From Bacteroidia bacterium (GTDB taxonomy: Bacteria > Bacteroidota > Bacteroidia > SpSt-205), in NCBI GenBank assembly GCA_026003235.1, contig BPGW01000005.1, positions 87,210 through 151,209 of the forward strand: a stretch of DNA of 64,000 bases, read 5' to 3'. Shown one piece after another: positions 1-9,360 of the stretch (positions within the stretch are counted from its first letter, which is position 1; the number at the start of each line of letters is the position of its first letter). A program made the translations under genes and the position numbers. A model generated the notes under the pieces. It searched no databases. It was not told the DNA's origin and saw only the letters and a list, made by a program, of their open reading frames with translations.

Positions 1-1194
1 GACAGGGTACCCCTGACTGCCTGCGATGATGCAAGTACCGAAAGGCAAGCTATCGTAAGCTTGCTGTACGGCTTTGAGGTGCGTGTAGGGGAGGTGGTTC
101 TCTCTCAGCGAGCGCTGGTAGTGACGATAGGTGTTGCGCACCTGCCATGTCACGCAGGTTAGCGCTATCAGTACCTGGGTCCAGGTGGGGAGCCGTTCTG
201 CGGTATAGAGGCTGAGTCCCACTACGGCCGGCAAGAACACCAGCACAAAGTGCCGAGCATCTACGAGGCCAATGCGCCCCCGGGCCATACTGACCAGGTA
301 GAAGGCCAGCTGCACCGCCGTCAGCAGCCCTAACAGTAGGAAGTACCGCTTCTCTTGGAGGGATAGGGCCTGCTTTCGCCAGAGACCCGCTGTCACCGAC
401 AAGCCTACCAGCAGCCCCAGGTACCGCAAGTAAGTAACTTCTTCAAGCGTTCGCTGGAAAAAGTCCGAGGGCATAGGCGCATTGCGAAGGTGAAGCCCGG
501 CCTCGCCTTGCGGATCGTGGAGAGCGTTCCAGGCAAAGTATCCTACAGCCAAGGCGGCCTGCACAGCGCTGGCACCGATAAGCATGAGACTTAGTTTGCG
601 TTGACCCTGCAGGAGAGCCCATAAGCCCCACAGGCCTACCCCTATCCCTGTACCGAGGCCGGCGTAGCGAACCAGAAACAGCGCTGGCAGTAGAAGAAAT
701 AAGGCTTCTTTATGGCGCTCCTCCTCTCGCAAAAGGCCCAAGGTAGCGACAAAGAGAGGCAGGTAGGGGTTTTCCGAGAGCACCATGGTATAGCTCCAAG
801 TGAGGGAAGGAGGCCAGAGGAGAAAAAAGAGCCACTCTGCCCAAGGCCGAAAAAAACGCCACAGCGCCAGGTAAAACAAGGCGTAGCTTAGGAGGTTGAG
901 CCAGCGGGCTGCGTAGAAGGGTTCCAGACCGGTAAGGGTGCTGGTGGCGGCTATCAGCGCGGGATACCCCAGGGGCCATTCGTGGATCCACCGATAGGGG
1001 GCCGGTTCATATAGGGGGGTGGAGCGCAGGAGCTCCCCACGCTGGAGCGAATGGGCCATTTGCAGGTAATGCAGCCCGTCGGGTTGGACCCGGTACAGGC
1101 CGTACGCCTCCTGCAGGGCCAGGGCGTCCCATCCCACGATAAAGAACTGCACCAGCACCAGTCCCCGCAGAAGCCACCGCACCTTCCGGGGCAT
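1..1194 (-). CDS. Polytopic membrane protein, probable GT-C fold (ArnT/PMT-like) glycosyltransferase; runs off the window start
   Basis: Absent from the ORF track because there is no stop in the window. Manual translation from ATG 1194 (MPRKVRWLLRGLVLVQFF...) stays open to base 1, with many hydrophobic segments and GT-C-like motifs PDGLHYLQMA, WPLGYPAL, LSENPY, LVRYAG. Confidence 0.65.
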   Translation of the reverse strand, partial: MPRKVRWLLRGLVLVQFFIVGWDALALQEAYGLYRVQPDGLHYLQMAHSLQRGELLRSTPLYEPAPYRWIHEWPLGYPALIAATSTLTGLEPFYAARWLNLLSYALFYLALWRFFRPWAEWLFFLLWPPSLTWSYTMVLSENPYLPLFVATLGLLREEERHKEALFLLLPALFLVRYAGLGTGIGVGLWGLWALLQGQRKLSLMLIGASAVQAALAVGYFAWNALHDPQGEAGLHLRNAPMPSDFFQRTLEEVTYLRYLGLLVGLSVTAGLWRKQALSLQEKRYFLLLGLLTAVQLAFYLVSMARGRIGLVDARHFVLVFLPAVVGLSLYTAERLPTWTQVLIALTCVTWQVRNTYRHYQRSLRENHLPYTHLKAVQQAYDSLPFGTCIIAGSQGYPV

Positions 1195-1198
1195 GAGG

Positions 1199-2815
1199 CT
1201 ACATAGAGATAGAGCCTTTGCGGAAGTCGGTTTCGCCTATGCGCACATTTACGAGGGCGGGTTTTTGGCTGGCCAAGGCCTTTTCCAGCGCGTTGGGCAG
1301 GTCGGCGGTGTCTTCTACGTAAGCACCCCAGCCTCCCAGCGCTTCTACCATCTTATCGTAGCGAGAAGGCAGCAGGGTCGTGGCGATGGCGCGCCCGTAG
1401 AAAGGCAGCTGGGCACGTTTGATCTGGGTCCAGGCGGCGTCATTCCCTACTACCCCTACGAAGGGCAGGTTGAAGCGCACGGCTGTGTCGTACTCCATGC
1501 CATTCAGGCCGAAGGCCCCATCGCCAAAGATCACCCACACATCGCTTTCCGGGTAGAGAAGCTTAGCGGCAATGGCGTAAGGGGCGCCAGCCCCCAGCGT
1601 GCCCAGCGGACCCGCATCCAGCCATTGTCCTAACCCCCTCGGCCGAATCGTATAAGCGGCGCTCCCCACAATGTCGCCGCCATCGCCAATCACGATGCTG
1701 CGGGGGGTGAGTAGCTTGTTCACTTCAAGGCACATACGCAGGGGGTTCACAGGTCGTGAAGAGGCCGCAGCTTCGGCGGCGATCTGGGCTTCCCGGCGTT
1801 TTTCTTCCTGCAGGAGGGTTTCTTTCCAGGTGCTCCAGCTGTGGGGGGGTGGGGTGAATCGCTGGGCCAGCTTGTAGAGGAAGTGGCCTGGGTCGGCGTA
1901 GGCCTGCACTTGGCCGGGTCGGTTGCGATGGAGCTCGGCCACATCCCGGTCCACCCGTACAAGCTGAGCGCTTTCGGCGATGCTGGCCCCGTAGTTCAGC
2001 CGGAAGTCCAGCGGCACCCCCGCCAAAATGACCAGATCAGCTTGGGCTAAGGCCACTTTGCGAGAATGCAGAAAAAGCAGGGGATGATCGGCGCCCAGGG
2101 CACCCCGAGCCATGCCATTGGTATACACCGGCAGTCCAAGGGCCTCTACAACGCTGCGAATCTGAGGCGCATGAGGGGAAAACAGAATCTGGCTGCCTAA
2201 AAGCAAGACCGGCCGCTCCGCCTGGCCAAGCAGGTCCAGCGTCTGCTGAATCGCTTCTTCTGAGGCGGTAAGGGGAAGGATGTCGGCTTCTATTTCTCGG
2301 GAAGGGTCGGGAGCCCGGTCAAAAAGCACGTCCATCGGACACTCCAGAAAAACCGGTCCCATCACACCGGTGGTAGCGGCTTGGAAGGCGCGCTGCACCG
2401 TGTCGGCCAGCTCTTTGGGCGAAGTGATGCGCACAGCCCATTTGGTGATAGGGGCCAGTACAGCCACGTGGTCCATTTCCTGCAGGGCCCCCATGCCAAT
2501 CGTGGGCTGAGCCGCCTGGCCCCCAATCACGATCAGGGGGGTTTGAGAACGCCAGGCATTGGCGACGGCGGTAACAACATTCATCACGCCGGGGCCGGCG
2601 GTCACGGCGCACACGCCTATTTTACGGGTCAAGCGGGCCGCGGCCTCCGCTGCAAAGCCCGCCGCCTGCTCATGCCGAAAGTCTACCACAGGCACCCCTA
2701 TGTCGGCACAGCCCTCGTAGATTTCCATGATGTGGCCCCCAGAAAGGGTGAATAAATGCGTCATGCCCGCATCTCGCAGCAGACGAGCCAGCAGCCGACC
2801 TCCCGTTTGCACCAT
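1199..2815 (-). CDS. Thiamine-diphosphate enzyme, acetolactate-synthase-like / 2-hydroxyacyl-CoA lyase (ILVBL/HACL2-type)
   Basis: RHEQAAGFAA, VTAGPG, GALQEMD, ThDP motif GDGAFG...GNDAAW, C-terminal TDFRKGSISM. Start moved to ATG 2815 (MVQTGG), 4 nt after TACATTTG. Confidence 0.85.
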   Translation of the reverse strand: MVQTGGRLLARLLRDAGMTHLFTLSGGHIMEIYEGCADIGVPVVDFRHEQAAGFAAEAAARLTRKIGVCAVTAGPGVMNVVTAVANAWRSQTPLIVIGGQAAQPTIGMGALQEMDHVAVLAPITKWAVRITSPKELADTVQRAFQAATTGVMGPVFLECPMDVLFDRAPDPSREIEADILPLTASEEAIQQTLDLLGQAERPVLLLGSQILFSPHAPQIRSVVEALGLPVYTNGMARGALGADHPLLFLHSRKVALAQADLVILAGVPLDFRLNYGASIAESAQLVRVDRDVAELHRNRPGQVQAYADPGHFLYKLAQRFTPPPHSWSTWKETLLQEEKRREAQIAAEAAASSRPVNPLRMCLEVNKLLTPRSIVIGDGGDIVGSAAYTIRPRGLGQWLDAGPLGTLGAGAPYAIAAKLLYPESDVWVIFGDGAFGLNGMEYDTAVRFNLPFVGVVGNDAAWTQIKRAQLPFYGRAIATTLLPSRYDKMVEALGGWGAYVEDTADLPNALEKALASQKPALVNVRIGETDFRKGSISM

Positions 2816-2819
2816 TCGG

Positions 2820-2827
2820 CAAATGTA
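2820..2827 (-). promoter_or_regulatory. Bacteroidota -7 element TACATTTG, 4 nt before ATG 2815
   Basis: Exact TAnnTTTG match in a divergent intergenic gap. Confidence 0.6.
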
Positions 2828-2865
2828 AGCTAAACCTCTGCGCCCCCAGTGCCTTAGAAAATGCT

Positions 2866-2873
2866 TACCTTTG
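2866..2873 (+). promoter_or_regulatory. -7 element TACCTTTG, 17 nt before ATG 2891
   Basis: Exact TAnnTTTG match, divergent from the 2820 element. Confidence 0.5.
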
Positions 2874-2890
2874 CCGTAATCCCTTACGGT

Positions 2891-4837
2891 ATGCGAGCAC
2901 AAAATACCATAAGCCTCGGATTTCTCCTGCTGATAGGTACAGCTTGTGGCCCCAAAGACCTCATCAACAAGACTAAATACGGCGGGAAAACTTACAAAAA
3001 CACCTGCGAGACCTTCAAGAAGGACGTCCAAGCCGCCCTGGATGCCAACAACGATCCCGCTACCCTACGCATAAGCGAGTATGACAACAGCCAGTTTGAC
3101 CCCACTTTTGTGGAGCCTGGGCAGTTCCTCCAAGCCAACGATACCCTCTACTTTCGCCTGGCCAATGACCTTGAGTACGGCAAGTACCTTCAGAAGGGAG
3201 TGGCTATCATCGTGCGGGTAGACTACAGTACCCCTTCTCATCTGGCTAATATGGAGGCTGACCCCCAAGGAACCGTCGGTGAGCTTATCATCACGGAGGG
3301 CTATTACAAGGCGAACGCTCAGCCCTTCTTTGTTTATAAGATTCCCCTGGGAGGCAAAAAGCTGGATGGGAAGCAGGTTTCTTTGTACTTTTCTGTGGTC
3401 AAGTTAGACAGTCGGGGGAAGGTGGTGAAAGTCTACTGCGATTCCCGCAACAAACCTTTTGGGCCGGCGGATCCTGCTTGCTGCACCTCGCAGCCCTGGG
3501 CCCGGGTGCGCACAGGGATAAAAGCGGCACTCCCTGACCTGCCTATCCGAGACGAACAGTACCGGTACGAAGGCTTTGAAGGCACCCTTGACTTGATTTT
3601 CCCCATCATGTCCACCAAGTTCAACCGTAAAGAGCTCACCGACGCCATCCTCCAGTATGTGAGTAAGTACGAGCAAATGGGCTATCTCGTTCAAGCCATC
3701 AAAATTGAAGGCTACGCTTCCCCCGATGGTCGCTTGGAGCTAAACCAGAAACTTTCCCAGGGCCGCATGGAAGCTGTTGTAGGGGACCTAAAGGAGCACT
3801 TCGTGAAAAAGATGGGCCGCGAAGTGCCTATGGAAGGGATAGGCCGAGGAGAGGATTGGCAGCGCTTTGATATCCTGGTCAAGACCGCCGACTTTACGGA
3901 GGAGGAACGCGGGGAGATCCTTCGCATCGCTGCCCAGCCCATCCATGAGGACGACCGCGAGAAACAACTTCGTAAACTCCCCTACTGGCCTAAAATTCGC
4001 GAAAAAGTCCTGCCTTTCTGTCGGCATGCGTTGGTGACCTTCTCCTTTACTTATCAGCCCGACAAGATGTACGTTGAGCGCTACAATGCCCCTATGCCCC
4101 TCCTGGCGCCAGAGCTGTACAATGTGGCTACCAAGACCTTTATCATAAGTCGCTTTCGCCCTGGCGTGAACGCCCGCCAGAATCTCGGCATCCTCAATAC
4201 CCTTATAGACACCCGGGGCAACCGCACGGCCAACCTGCTGGCGATGCGCTCCACCTATTACTTTGCTTTAAGTGATCTCAAGAACGCTGTCCGCGACATT
4301 GAAGCGGCGGCGGCCCTGGATCGCAACAACCCTGTCTACAGCATCGCTGCCCTGGCGTATCGCACGCAAGGCATTCAAGACCTCAGCCGTGACGAAGCCA
4401 TGCAGATGCTGGAGCGGTACAACGACCTGATTACGCGCACCCCCAACGATCGCTCCCTCTACATCAACCGGGCTATTGTGATGGACTACATTGGCTGGCT
4501 ATCCGGCGCCATCGCCGACAATAGCAAAGTGCTATCCCAAGAAGGGCGCTTGGCGGTGGCCTACAACAATCGGGGGGTCTCCCTCATGAAGGCCATGCGC
4601 CTACTGGAAGCCGAAGCCGATTTCCTCCAAGCGATTTCTGCGGATCCTAACCTGGCCGAAGCCCACTTTAACCTGGCCCTGCTCTACGCTTACAAAGGCT
4701 ACCCCGACAAAGCAGCACAAAGTCTGGAGCGCGCCATTGCGCTGCAGCCTGCCTTCCGCAGCGAGCTCAATAGCAACCCGGTCTTCCGAGTGGTGCGGGA
4801 TCACCCTCGCTTCGGGAAGTTTACCACAGGCGGCTGA
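2891..4837 (+). CDS. Lipoprotein with OmpA-like domain and C-terminal TPR repeats
   Basis: Lipobox LLIGTA-C, OmpA-like IEGYASPDGRLELNQKLSQGR, TPR motifs AYNNRG and AEAHFNLA. Confidence 0.75.
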   Translation: MRAQNTISLGFLLLIGTACGPKDLINKTKYGGKTYKNTCETFKKDVQAALDANNDPATLRISEYDNSQFDPTFVEPGQFLQANDTLYFRLANDLEYGKYLQKGVAIIVRVDYSTPSHLANMEADPQGTVGELIITEGYYKANAQPFFVYKIPLGGKKLDGKQVSLYFSVVKLDSRGKVVKVYCDSRNKPFGPADPACCTSQPWARVRTGIKAALPDLPIRDEQYRYEGFEGTLDLIFPIMSTKFNRKELTDAILQYVSKYEQMGYLVQAIKIEGYASPDGRLELNQKLSQGRMEAVVGDLKEHFVKKMGREVPMEGIGRGEDWQRFDILVKTADFTEEERGEILRIAAQPIHEDDREKQLRKLPYWPKIREKVLPFCRHALVTFSFTYQPDKMYVERYNAPMPLLAPELYNVATKTFIISRFRPGVNARQNLGILNTLIDTRGNRTANLLAMRSTYYFALSDLKNAVRDIEAAAALDRNNPVYSIAALAYRTQGIQDLSRDEAMQMLERYNDLITRTPNDRSLYINRAIVMDYIGWLSGAIADNSKVLSQEGRLAVAYNNRGVSLMKAMRLLEAEADFLQAISADPNLAEAHFNLALLYAYKGYPDKAAQSLERAIALQPAFRSELNSNPVFRVVRDHPRFGKFTTGG

Positions 4838-4864
4838 GGCGCACGTAGAGAACGTATACCCTGT

Positions 4865-4897
4865 GGGGCTTTCCGGGTTAGGCTGGAAAGCCCCTTT
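4865..4897. terminator. Probable intrinsic terminator between convergent genes
   Basis: GGGGCTTTCCGG-GTTAGG-CTGGAAAGCCCC forms a 12-bp stem with one G-U pair, followed by TTT. Confidence 0.7.
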
Positions 4898-4901
4898 GCG
4901 T

Positions 4902-5600
4902 TTATAGTAAAAACTGCGTGTGCACCAAGGGGAGTTGGTTTGACTCAGGGGCCTGGGCCGGATCGCAGTGGTAGCCCCACACTTCAGCTTGTCCAAGCCA
5001 AGGATAGAGATCTTCGTGGTAGCAGTGCGTAGGCACCCGCCGGAAAGCCACATCATGAAACACCCACAGGGGCTGATGCGCTTCTACCCATCCCGGCTCT
5101 CTTAGGACAGGAACCGGCTGGCCAATGTCCCCACTGTAGAGCAGGTGTAAGGTTGAGCTTGAAAAGAGATACGCACAGCTGGGCATGTGGGGCATGTGCA
5201 GGCCTGAAGTGGGAATGGCGCTCACAAACGCAAACTGCGCAGCAGGCAGCAAAATCACCTCGGCAAAGCGCTCCACGAAACCCATTAAGAAGTGCAGGTA
5301 AGTGTAGAGTTTAGCCTGGAGTTCGGCAGTGCCCACGAGCACCGGTAGGGGTGGGAGCTGGCTGAGAAAATGGCGGTGGTAAAGCAGCGCAGACAAACTG
5401 CCTATGTGGTCGTCGTGTACGTGGGTGATGCAGATGGCGTCTATTTTTTCTATGAGGCCTCTTTCAACAAGGCGGGGATAGACGGTGAAACCGCAGTCTA
5501 TGAGGAAGGTATAGCCTTCCCAGGTAAGCAAAGCCGCTGAGTTGCCCCAGGCCAGGTCATGGGCCCCGCCAGCGCCCACGAACCGGATCGCCGGCTTCAT
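4902..5600 (-). CDS. MBL-fold metallo-hydrolase (RNase Z / phosphodiesterase-like)
   Basis: LIDCG, THVHDDHIG (HxHxDH), YSGD. Confidence 0.8.
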   Translation of the reverse strand: MKPAIRFVGAGGAHDLAWGNSAALLTWEGYTFLIDCGFTVYPRLVERGLIEKIDAICITHVHDDHIGSLSALLYHRHFLSQLPPLPVLVGTAELQAKLYTYLHFLMGFVERFAEVILLPAAQFAFVSAIPTSGLHMPHMPSCAYLFSSSTLHLLYSGDIGQPVPVLREPGWVEAHQPLWVFHDVAFRRVPTHCYHEDLYPWLGQAEVWGYHCDPAQAPESNQLPLVHTQFLL

Positions 5601-6064
5601 GCGCCATTCAGGATCTGCTGGGCATGGGCTTCCGTCTTGACCTGCGTGATCACGCGCTCCACTCGGCCGTTTTCGTCAAGGATGTAAGTAAGGCGCTGGG
5701 TGCCTTCGTACTCCTTGCCATACATGCGCTTTTTGCCCCAAGCGCCATACGCCTGGATGATTTTTTTCTCCGGATCGGCCAGCAGCGGAAAAGGGAGCCC
5801 ATACTTTTCCGCGAATCGCTTGTGGGAGGCCACGTCGTCCGCGCTTACTCCAAGGACCACATAGCCGGCCGCCTGGAGCTCAGCGTAATGATCCCGGAGG
5901 TTGCAGGCTTCTTTGGTGCAGCCAGGGGTGTCGTCTTTGGGGTAAAAGTACAGCACCACCTTTTTGCCCCGAAAGTCCGATAAGCGAACCTCATGGCCAT
6001 GCTGGTCCACCGCAGTAAAGTCTGGTGCCTCGGTGCCTACAGGTAGGAGCGTACTAGGAGCCAT
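5597..6064 (-). CDS. bcp: Thioredoxin-dependent peroxiredoxin Bcp
   Basis: VVLYFYPKDDTPGCTKEAC. Confidence 0.93.
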   Translation of the reverse strand: MAPSTLLPVGTEAPDFTAVDQHGHEVRLSDFRGKKVVLYFYPKDDTPGCTKEACNLRDHYAELQAAGYVVLGVSADDVASHKRFAEKYGLPFPLLADPEKKIIQAYGAWGKKRMYGKEYEGTQRLTYILDENGRVERVITQVKTEAHAQQILNGA

Positions 6065-6081
6065 GCTTCCCCTAACAAAAT

Positions 6082-6705
6082 TCAGTCGTCCGAAGGTAAG
6101 TCCTCATCGGGTTGGATCCAATCGGAGGGCTGCTCCTGGGGCTCTTCCGGTTCGTCGGGCTCGTCGTCCACAGGCTCCACCACCTGAGATTGATTGAGAA
6201 GGAAGTCCAGCTCGTCGTACTGGATATTCCCTTGGGTAGGGGGCACATAAGCCAGCGCATATTCCGTATACAGACGCTTAGGGGGGATCTTGAGGTGTTT
6301 CTCGGCTGCTTTTTCTATAAAGTATCGCAGGTCCTCTGTAAAAGTTATAGGACTTTGTACGCGCCGGGGAGATGGTTGATATGGACCAACGTTCTGAAAG
6401 GCTATAAGATTTTCGCATCCAAGGCTAATAACATAGGTGTATCGCTCGGTGATGAGCTTAAACTGCGGAACAAAGCATTCTGCTATGGACCTATCTTTTT
6501 CTTCATCAGGCTCATCTATAAAAGTTTCTTCCCAATCGTCGCTGGGCAAGCGAATCGTGACGCGTTTTTCTTCCCAGGAGGGGTGGAGGACGTTGTCGGA
6601 AGTGAGGTCAGGGGATCGTTTGAGCTTGACAAGAATGCACTGGGCTTTTTGGGCCAGCGCGGAAGGAAAGGTCACCAAACAGCTTAGCAGGAAGACGAAG
6701 CGCAC
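6082..6705 (-). CDS. Hypothetical secreted protein with acidic C-terminal tail
   Basis: Signal-peptide-like VRFVFLLSCLVTFPSALA-Q. GTG 6705 lies 3 nt after TATTTTTG (6709-6716). Confidence 0.6.
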   Translation of the reverse strand: MRFVFLLSCLVTFPSALAQKAQCILVKLKRSPDLTSDNVLHPSWEEKRVTIRLPSDDWEETFIDEPDEEKDRSIAECFVPQFKLITERYTYVISLGCENLIAFQNVGPYQPSPRRVQSPITFTEDLRYFIEKAAEKHLKIPPKRLYTEYALAYVPPTQGNIQYDELDFLLNQSQVVEPVDDEPDEPEEPQEQPSDWIQPDEDLPSDD

Positions 6706-6723
6706 CCCCAAAAATACCAAAAT

Positions 6724-7038
6724 TTACAATAGCCCCAGTTGAATGCGGGCGTTTTCGCTCATGCGGCTCATATCCCAGGGCGGGTCAAAGGTCACCTCCA
6801 CTTGCACCTGACGCACGCCAGGCACGGCTTCCACAGCTTTTTTGACTTCGTCGGGCAGGTGCTGCGCAGCCGGACAAAAAGCCGAAGTTAAGGTCATCAC
6901 AATATGTACCTCGCCAGCGGGGTTGACTTCAATGTGGTAGATAAGCCCCAGCTCGTAAATATCTACCGGTATTTCCGGGTCGTACACTTCCTTCAAGGCT
7001 CGGATAACCGCTTCTTGCAAGGCGGCAGGGTCTTGCAT
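6724..7038 (-). CDS. sufT: Fe-S cluster assembly protein SufT-like (DUF59)
   Basis: VYDPEIPVDIYELGLIY, MTLTSAFCP, FDPPW. Start taken at MQDPAAL. Confidence 0.85.
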   Translation of the reverse strand: MQDPAALQEAVIRALKEVYDPEIPVDIYELGLIYHIEVNPAGEVHIVMTLTSAFCPAAQHLPDEVKKAVEAVPGVRQVQVEVTFDPPWDMSRMSENARIQLGLL

Positions 7039-7043
7039 GGCAG

Positions 7044-7511
7044 CTATTCGGTTGAGACGATTTTTTGTTCGGGCTGGTGCAGGGCTGCGCGTAAGGTGTG
7101 CCAGGGGAGGGTGGCACACTTGACGCGCATGGGGAAGTTCCGTACTGTGGCAAAGAGGGCCAGCTTTTCTCGGGCAGCGGCCGGCAGGCTCTCCGCATGT
7201 GGGGATTCTGGCTGGGTTAGCAGCTCGTGGAAGGCCTCAAAAGCCTGATCGGCTACTTGCAAGGAGGCTTGCTTGACGAGGGTGGTCATGATAGAGGCCG
7301 AGGCTTTGCATATAGCGCAGCTTCGGCCCTCAAAGCGTATATCTTCAATGCGGTCGCCTACAACCCTCAGTGTAAGGTGAATGTGATCCCCACATAGGGG
7401 GTTATACCCTTCTGCCTCGTGCGTGGGGTTTTCCAGCCGCCCGTAGTTGCGAGGGTAATGGTTATGCTCCAAGAGGATATCCTGGTACAGGTTTTTTAGG
7501 TCGCTGTCCAT
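7044..7511 (-). CDS. sufU: SUF system NifU/SufU Fe-S assembly protein
   Basis: NPLCGD, SCAICKASAS, RVKCATLPW. Confidence 0.9.
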   Translation of the reverse strand: MDSDLKNLYQDILLEHNHYPRNYGRLENPTHEAEGYNPLCGDHIHLTLRVVGDRIEDIRFEGRSCAICKASASIMTTLVKQASLQVADQAFEAFHELLTQPESPHAESLPAAAREKLALFATVRNFPMRVKCATLPWHTLRAALHQPEQKIVSTE

Positions 7512-7536
7512 GTTGGCAAGTTAAACAAAAACCCCT

Positions 7537-8346
7537 TTAGGAGAGGGTGAGGCGTTGGAGCTCTTTCTGCAGGCGCTGCAGGTAAGGGGCTGCTTCCAGC
7601 ATGCGCACGCCGTACCAGCTAAAATAATCCCCCCGCACTACGACAAGGTGAGCCTGAGGCCAGTAGCGCTGCAGTTCGGGAAAGTGCTTTTCGGAGAAAG
7701 GGTAGGGTTCGGTGCTCAGCAGCACGCAAGTGGGTGCCAGGCGTTCGGGCTGGTCCAGGGCAGGGTAGCGGCCTGGCAGGGAAGCGGCTACGTTGTCCCA
7801 GCCCAGGCGAGTAAGGAGGCTGTGGATGAAGGTGCCTTGGCCGGCAGCCATGTAGGGCTTGCGCCAGATTAGGTACAAAACAGGGATCGGCGAGGTAGTA
7901 GGGGGCAGGGCTGCAAAAGCGGCGTCTATTTTTTCTATGAGAGCTTCTGCCTGAGGAAGGCGCCCCGTAACCTCCCCCAGCCGGCGAATGCTCTCTAAGG
8001 CTTCTGCGTAGCTTTCTACCTTCGTTACATACACCGGCGCTATCGCCGAGAGCTCCTCCACGATAGCAGGGGTGTTTTCTTCCTTCTGAGCGATGATGAG
8101 GTCAGGATTGAGCTGAGCGATCAGCGCCGCGTCTACTTTTTTGGTTCCTCCTACGACGGGGACTTTGTCTACGGCGGGGGCGGGATGGATACAATAGCGA
8201 GTTCGGCCGACGATGCGATCTTCCAGGCCCAGCGCGAAAAGGGTCTCTGTTTGGGAGGGGCACAAGGAGACGATGCGCTGGGGTTCCAGCGGCACTTGGA
8301 GGGTTCGGCCCAGGCTATCCGTCAGAAAGCGCCGGGCAGGCTGCAT
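7537..8346 (-). CDS. Helical-backbone metal/cobalamin-binding protein (BtuF-like)
   Basis: RIVSLCPSQTE, GRTRYCIHP, VGGTK, KEEN, EPYPF, FSWYG. Confidence 0.8.
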   Translation of the reverse strand: MQPARRFLTDSLGRTLQVPLEPQRIVSLCPSQTETLFALGLEDRIVGRTRYCIHPAPAVDKVPVVGGTKKVDAALIAQLNPDLIIAQKEENTPAIVEELSAIAPVYVTKVESYAEALESIRRLGEVTGRLPQAEALIEKIDAAFAALPPTTSPIPVLYLIWRKPYMAAGQGTFIHSLLTRLGWDNVAASLPGRYPALDQPERLAPTCVLLSTEPYPFSEKHFPELQRYWPQAHLVVVRGDYFSWYGVRMLEAAPYLQRLQKELQRLTLS

Positions 8347-8350
8347 GCGA

Positions 8351-9339
8351 TCAAGGCGAAGAGGGGGAGGAGCGGGCACCTCGGGCGGCGTCGGCTTCGT
8401 AGAGGCGTACGATTTCACTTACGAGGGGATGGCGCACGATGTCGGTTTCAGTAAGGCGCACCACGGCGATCCCCGGCACCCCTTGCAGAAGCTGAATGGC
8501 ATGCAGGAGACCAGAGTTTTCGGGTCGGGGTAAGTCTATCTGGCTCAGGTCGCCTGTGATGACGATGCGGGAGCGATGCCCGAAGCGGGTGAGAAACATC
8601 TTCATCTGGAGGCGGGTGGCGTTTTGGGCTTCATCCAGGATGATGAAAGCGTCGTTGAGGGTGCGCCCCCGCATGTAAGCCAGCGGAGCGATCTCAATAA
8701 TGCCCTGTTCTAACAGCTGCTGGAGCTTTTCAGCGTAGAGAGCATTTCCTCCAGCGAATCATACAAGGGACGGAGGTAAGGGGCGACTTTTTCGCGCAGG
8801 TCTCCAGGTAGGAAGCCCAGATTTTCGCCGGCTTCTACCGCGGGGCGGGTGAGGATGATCTTGCGAATCTGCCGTTCACGCAGGGCTCGGACCGCGAAAG
8901 CCACCGCCGTGTAGGTTTTGCCGGTGCCTGCGGGGCCCACCGCAAAGGTGATGTCATGCGTCTCAATCGCTTCCGCCAGCTGGCGCTGCCCTTCTGTGCG
9001 AGGGGCCACCAGCTGACCCGAGACCGTGCGCAGAATGGGGGCGTAGGCGGAGGAGGGTAGCGACTCCCCTTCCCGAGAACGGCCCACCAGTTCCCGCACG
9101 CGCTCTTCGGGCAGACGCCCATGGCGACGCACTTCCTGTATCATGGCCTCAATGATGCGGTACAGGCTTTCAATTGCTTGGGGGTCGCCTACCGCTTTGA
9201 TGCTGCTACCTCGTGCCACCAGCTTCAGGGCTGGATAGGCTTGGCGCAGGAGCTGGATGTTGGTGTTGCCCACGCCGTAGAAACTCAGCAGGTCTACTCC
9301 CTCCAGGAGGATTTCTCGTTCGGCCACCTTTTCTGCCAT
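8351..9339 (-). pseudogene. phoH: PhoH-family ATPase split by a frameshift at ~8735-8745 (likely a sequence error)
   Basis: The N-terminal ORF has GPAGTGKT and RPAVEAGE.LGFLPG. The frame continues as AEKLQQLLEQGIIEIAPLAYMRGRTL...DEAQN if 2 nt are removed from ATGCTCTCTACGCT. Confidence 0.85.
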
Positions 9340-9360
9340 CTGCTTACAAAATTACAGCGC

